NCBI GenBank assembly: GCA_041640655.1
Contig: JBEPZV010000047.1
Coordinates: 1-17,950, forward strand
Direction of reading: 5' to 3'
DNA length: 17,950 nucleotides
DNA from: a bacterium
GTDB taxonomy: Bacteria > Acidobacteriota > Blastocatellia > HR10
Shown: piece after piece, positions 17,263 through 17,950 of the stretch
Layout of the letters: each line of letters begins with the position of its first letter
Position numbering within the stretch: the stretch's first letter is position 1
Program-made: the position numbers and the translations under genes
Notes under the pieces: generated by a model
What the model was told of the DNA's origin: nothing
The model's input: the letters and a program-made list of their open reading frames with translations, nothing else
The model's database searches: none

Positions 17263-17285
17263 AGGCGCTCCCCTCCTTCTTCGGA

Positions 17286-17319
17286 TCCCCACTAGACTGA
17301 CATGTCAGTCTAGTGGGGA
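17286..17319. promoter_or_regulatory. Perfect 34-bp palindrome, probable operator of the adjacent TetR protein
   Basis: TCCCCACTAGACTGACATGTCAGTCTAGTGGGGA is its own reverse complement. It lies between the tetR stop and the RBS of the next gene and is flanked by A10 (17323-17332). Confidence 0.75.
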
Positions 17320-17333
17320 GGCAAAAAAAAAAT

Positions 17334-17948
17334 TCACGATGTGGCCGAGCGAGCGAAGACTCCCCGCAAGCCGAAGTTGAAGAGCTCCTCGACGACGGTC
17401 TCCAGCGGAGGCATGTCCTCGCGACGCGTCGTCAGTTGATCCGCCACTTCTTTCATCGTCCCCAAGATGCAGGACGCGACGATGCGCGTTTGACAGGGGC
17501 GCACCAGGCCCATGCGAATGCCGTGTTCCAATGAACGCTCAATGAGCGAGAGGACACGGTCATAAAAGGCTTGCAAGACAGCCGCCGAGCGTTCGTCCAA
17601 GCCCGCCGCCTGATGGAGGAGAATCTTGGTCAGTTCCGGGTCTCGAACCAGAAATTCCAGAACGCGACCGATGTTCGCTTTGACCTGCTCCAGAGGATCC
17701 GGCGCGCCCGGGTTGAGATCAATCGGCTTGATCCGCTGGCGCAACTCTTTGAGGACCTCCTCCAGGAGGCTATCGAAGATGTCACGCTTGCTCGTGAAAT
17801 AGAGATAAAACGTGCCGCGCGCAATCCCGGCGCTCTCGATGATGTCGGAGACGCTGGCGTTGTGATAGCCCTTTTGCGAGAAGACGTGCTTAGCGAAGAA
17901 GAGGATCTGATTCCGCCGCGCTTCCTTCAGCTCTTTCTGAACAACCAC
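17334..17948 (-). CDS. TetR/AcrR family transcriptional regulator; the start may lie outside the window
   Basis: RRNQILFFAKHVFSQKGYHNASVSDIIESAGIARGTFYLYFTSKRDIF is a TetR HTH. About 204 aa with a helical C-terminal domain. GTG at 17948 is 2 nt from the window edge. Confidence 0.93.
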   Translation of the reverse strand: MVVQKELKEARRNQILFFAKHVFSQKGYHNASVSDIIESAGIARGTFYLYFTSKRDIFDSLLEEVLKELRQRIKPIDLNPGAPDPLEQVKANIGRVLEFLVRDPELTKILLHQAAGLDERSAAVLQAFYDRVLSLIERSLEHGIRMGLVRPCQTRIVASCILGTMKEVADQLTTRREDMPPLETVVEELFNFGLRGVFARSATS

Positions 17949-17950
17949 CC

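Noticed and set aside
15646..17295. 549-aa plus-strand ORF and other long antisense ORFs (5575-6876, 12463-13611, 13451-14752, 4563-5495, 3009-3821, 7225-8013)
   Set aside because: They mirror well-supported genes on the opposite strand and have no recognisable motifs. Such shadow ORFs are expected from high-GC codon bias.
17286..17332. Palindrome plus A/T tract read as an intrinsic terminator or CRISPR repeat
   Set aside because: The U tract is on the wrong side of the stem for either direction and there is no loop. It is a single copy with no spacers or cas genes.

Overview
GC-rich bacterial chromosomal DNA, probably Acidobacteriota and possibly Blastocatellia-like. This is an inference from two tandem acidobacterial-type VWA genes and the overall gene content. 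Left (1-5519, minus strand) is a housekeeping operon, in transcription order: IPT/TIG-beta-propeller protein, site-2 protease, trpS, scpA, scpB, rluB, and an acyl-CoA carboxyltransferase that runs off the window and is missing from the ORF track. It is divergent from dnaB (5665-7002). Next come two VWA genes (+), PhzF and DinB genes (-) and a DUF4139-type exported protein (+). The right end (12352-17950, minus strand) is the most interesting part: a TetR gene, a perfect 34-bp palindrome, and three genes that together carry all the domains of the PlsA/PlsR (anaerobic plasmalogen synthase) / Ger (glycerol ester reductase) family in a permuted and split order, with a possible frameshift at one junction. 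I saw no RNA genes, CRISPR arrays or mobile elements. All family calls come from reading motifs by eye; no searches were run.
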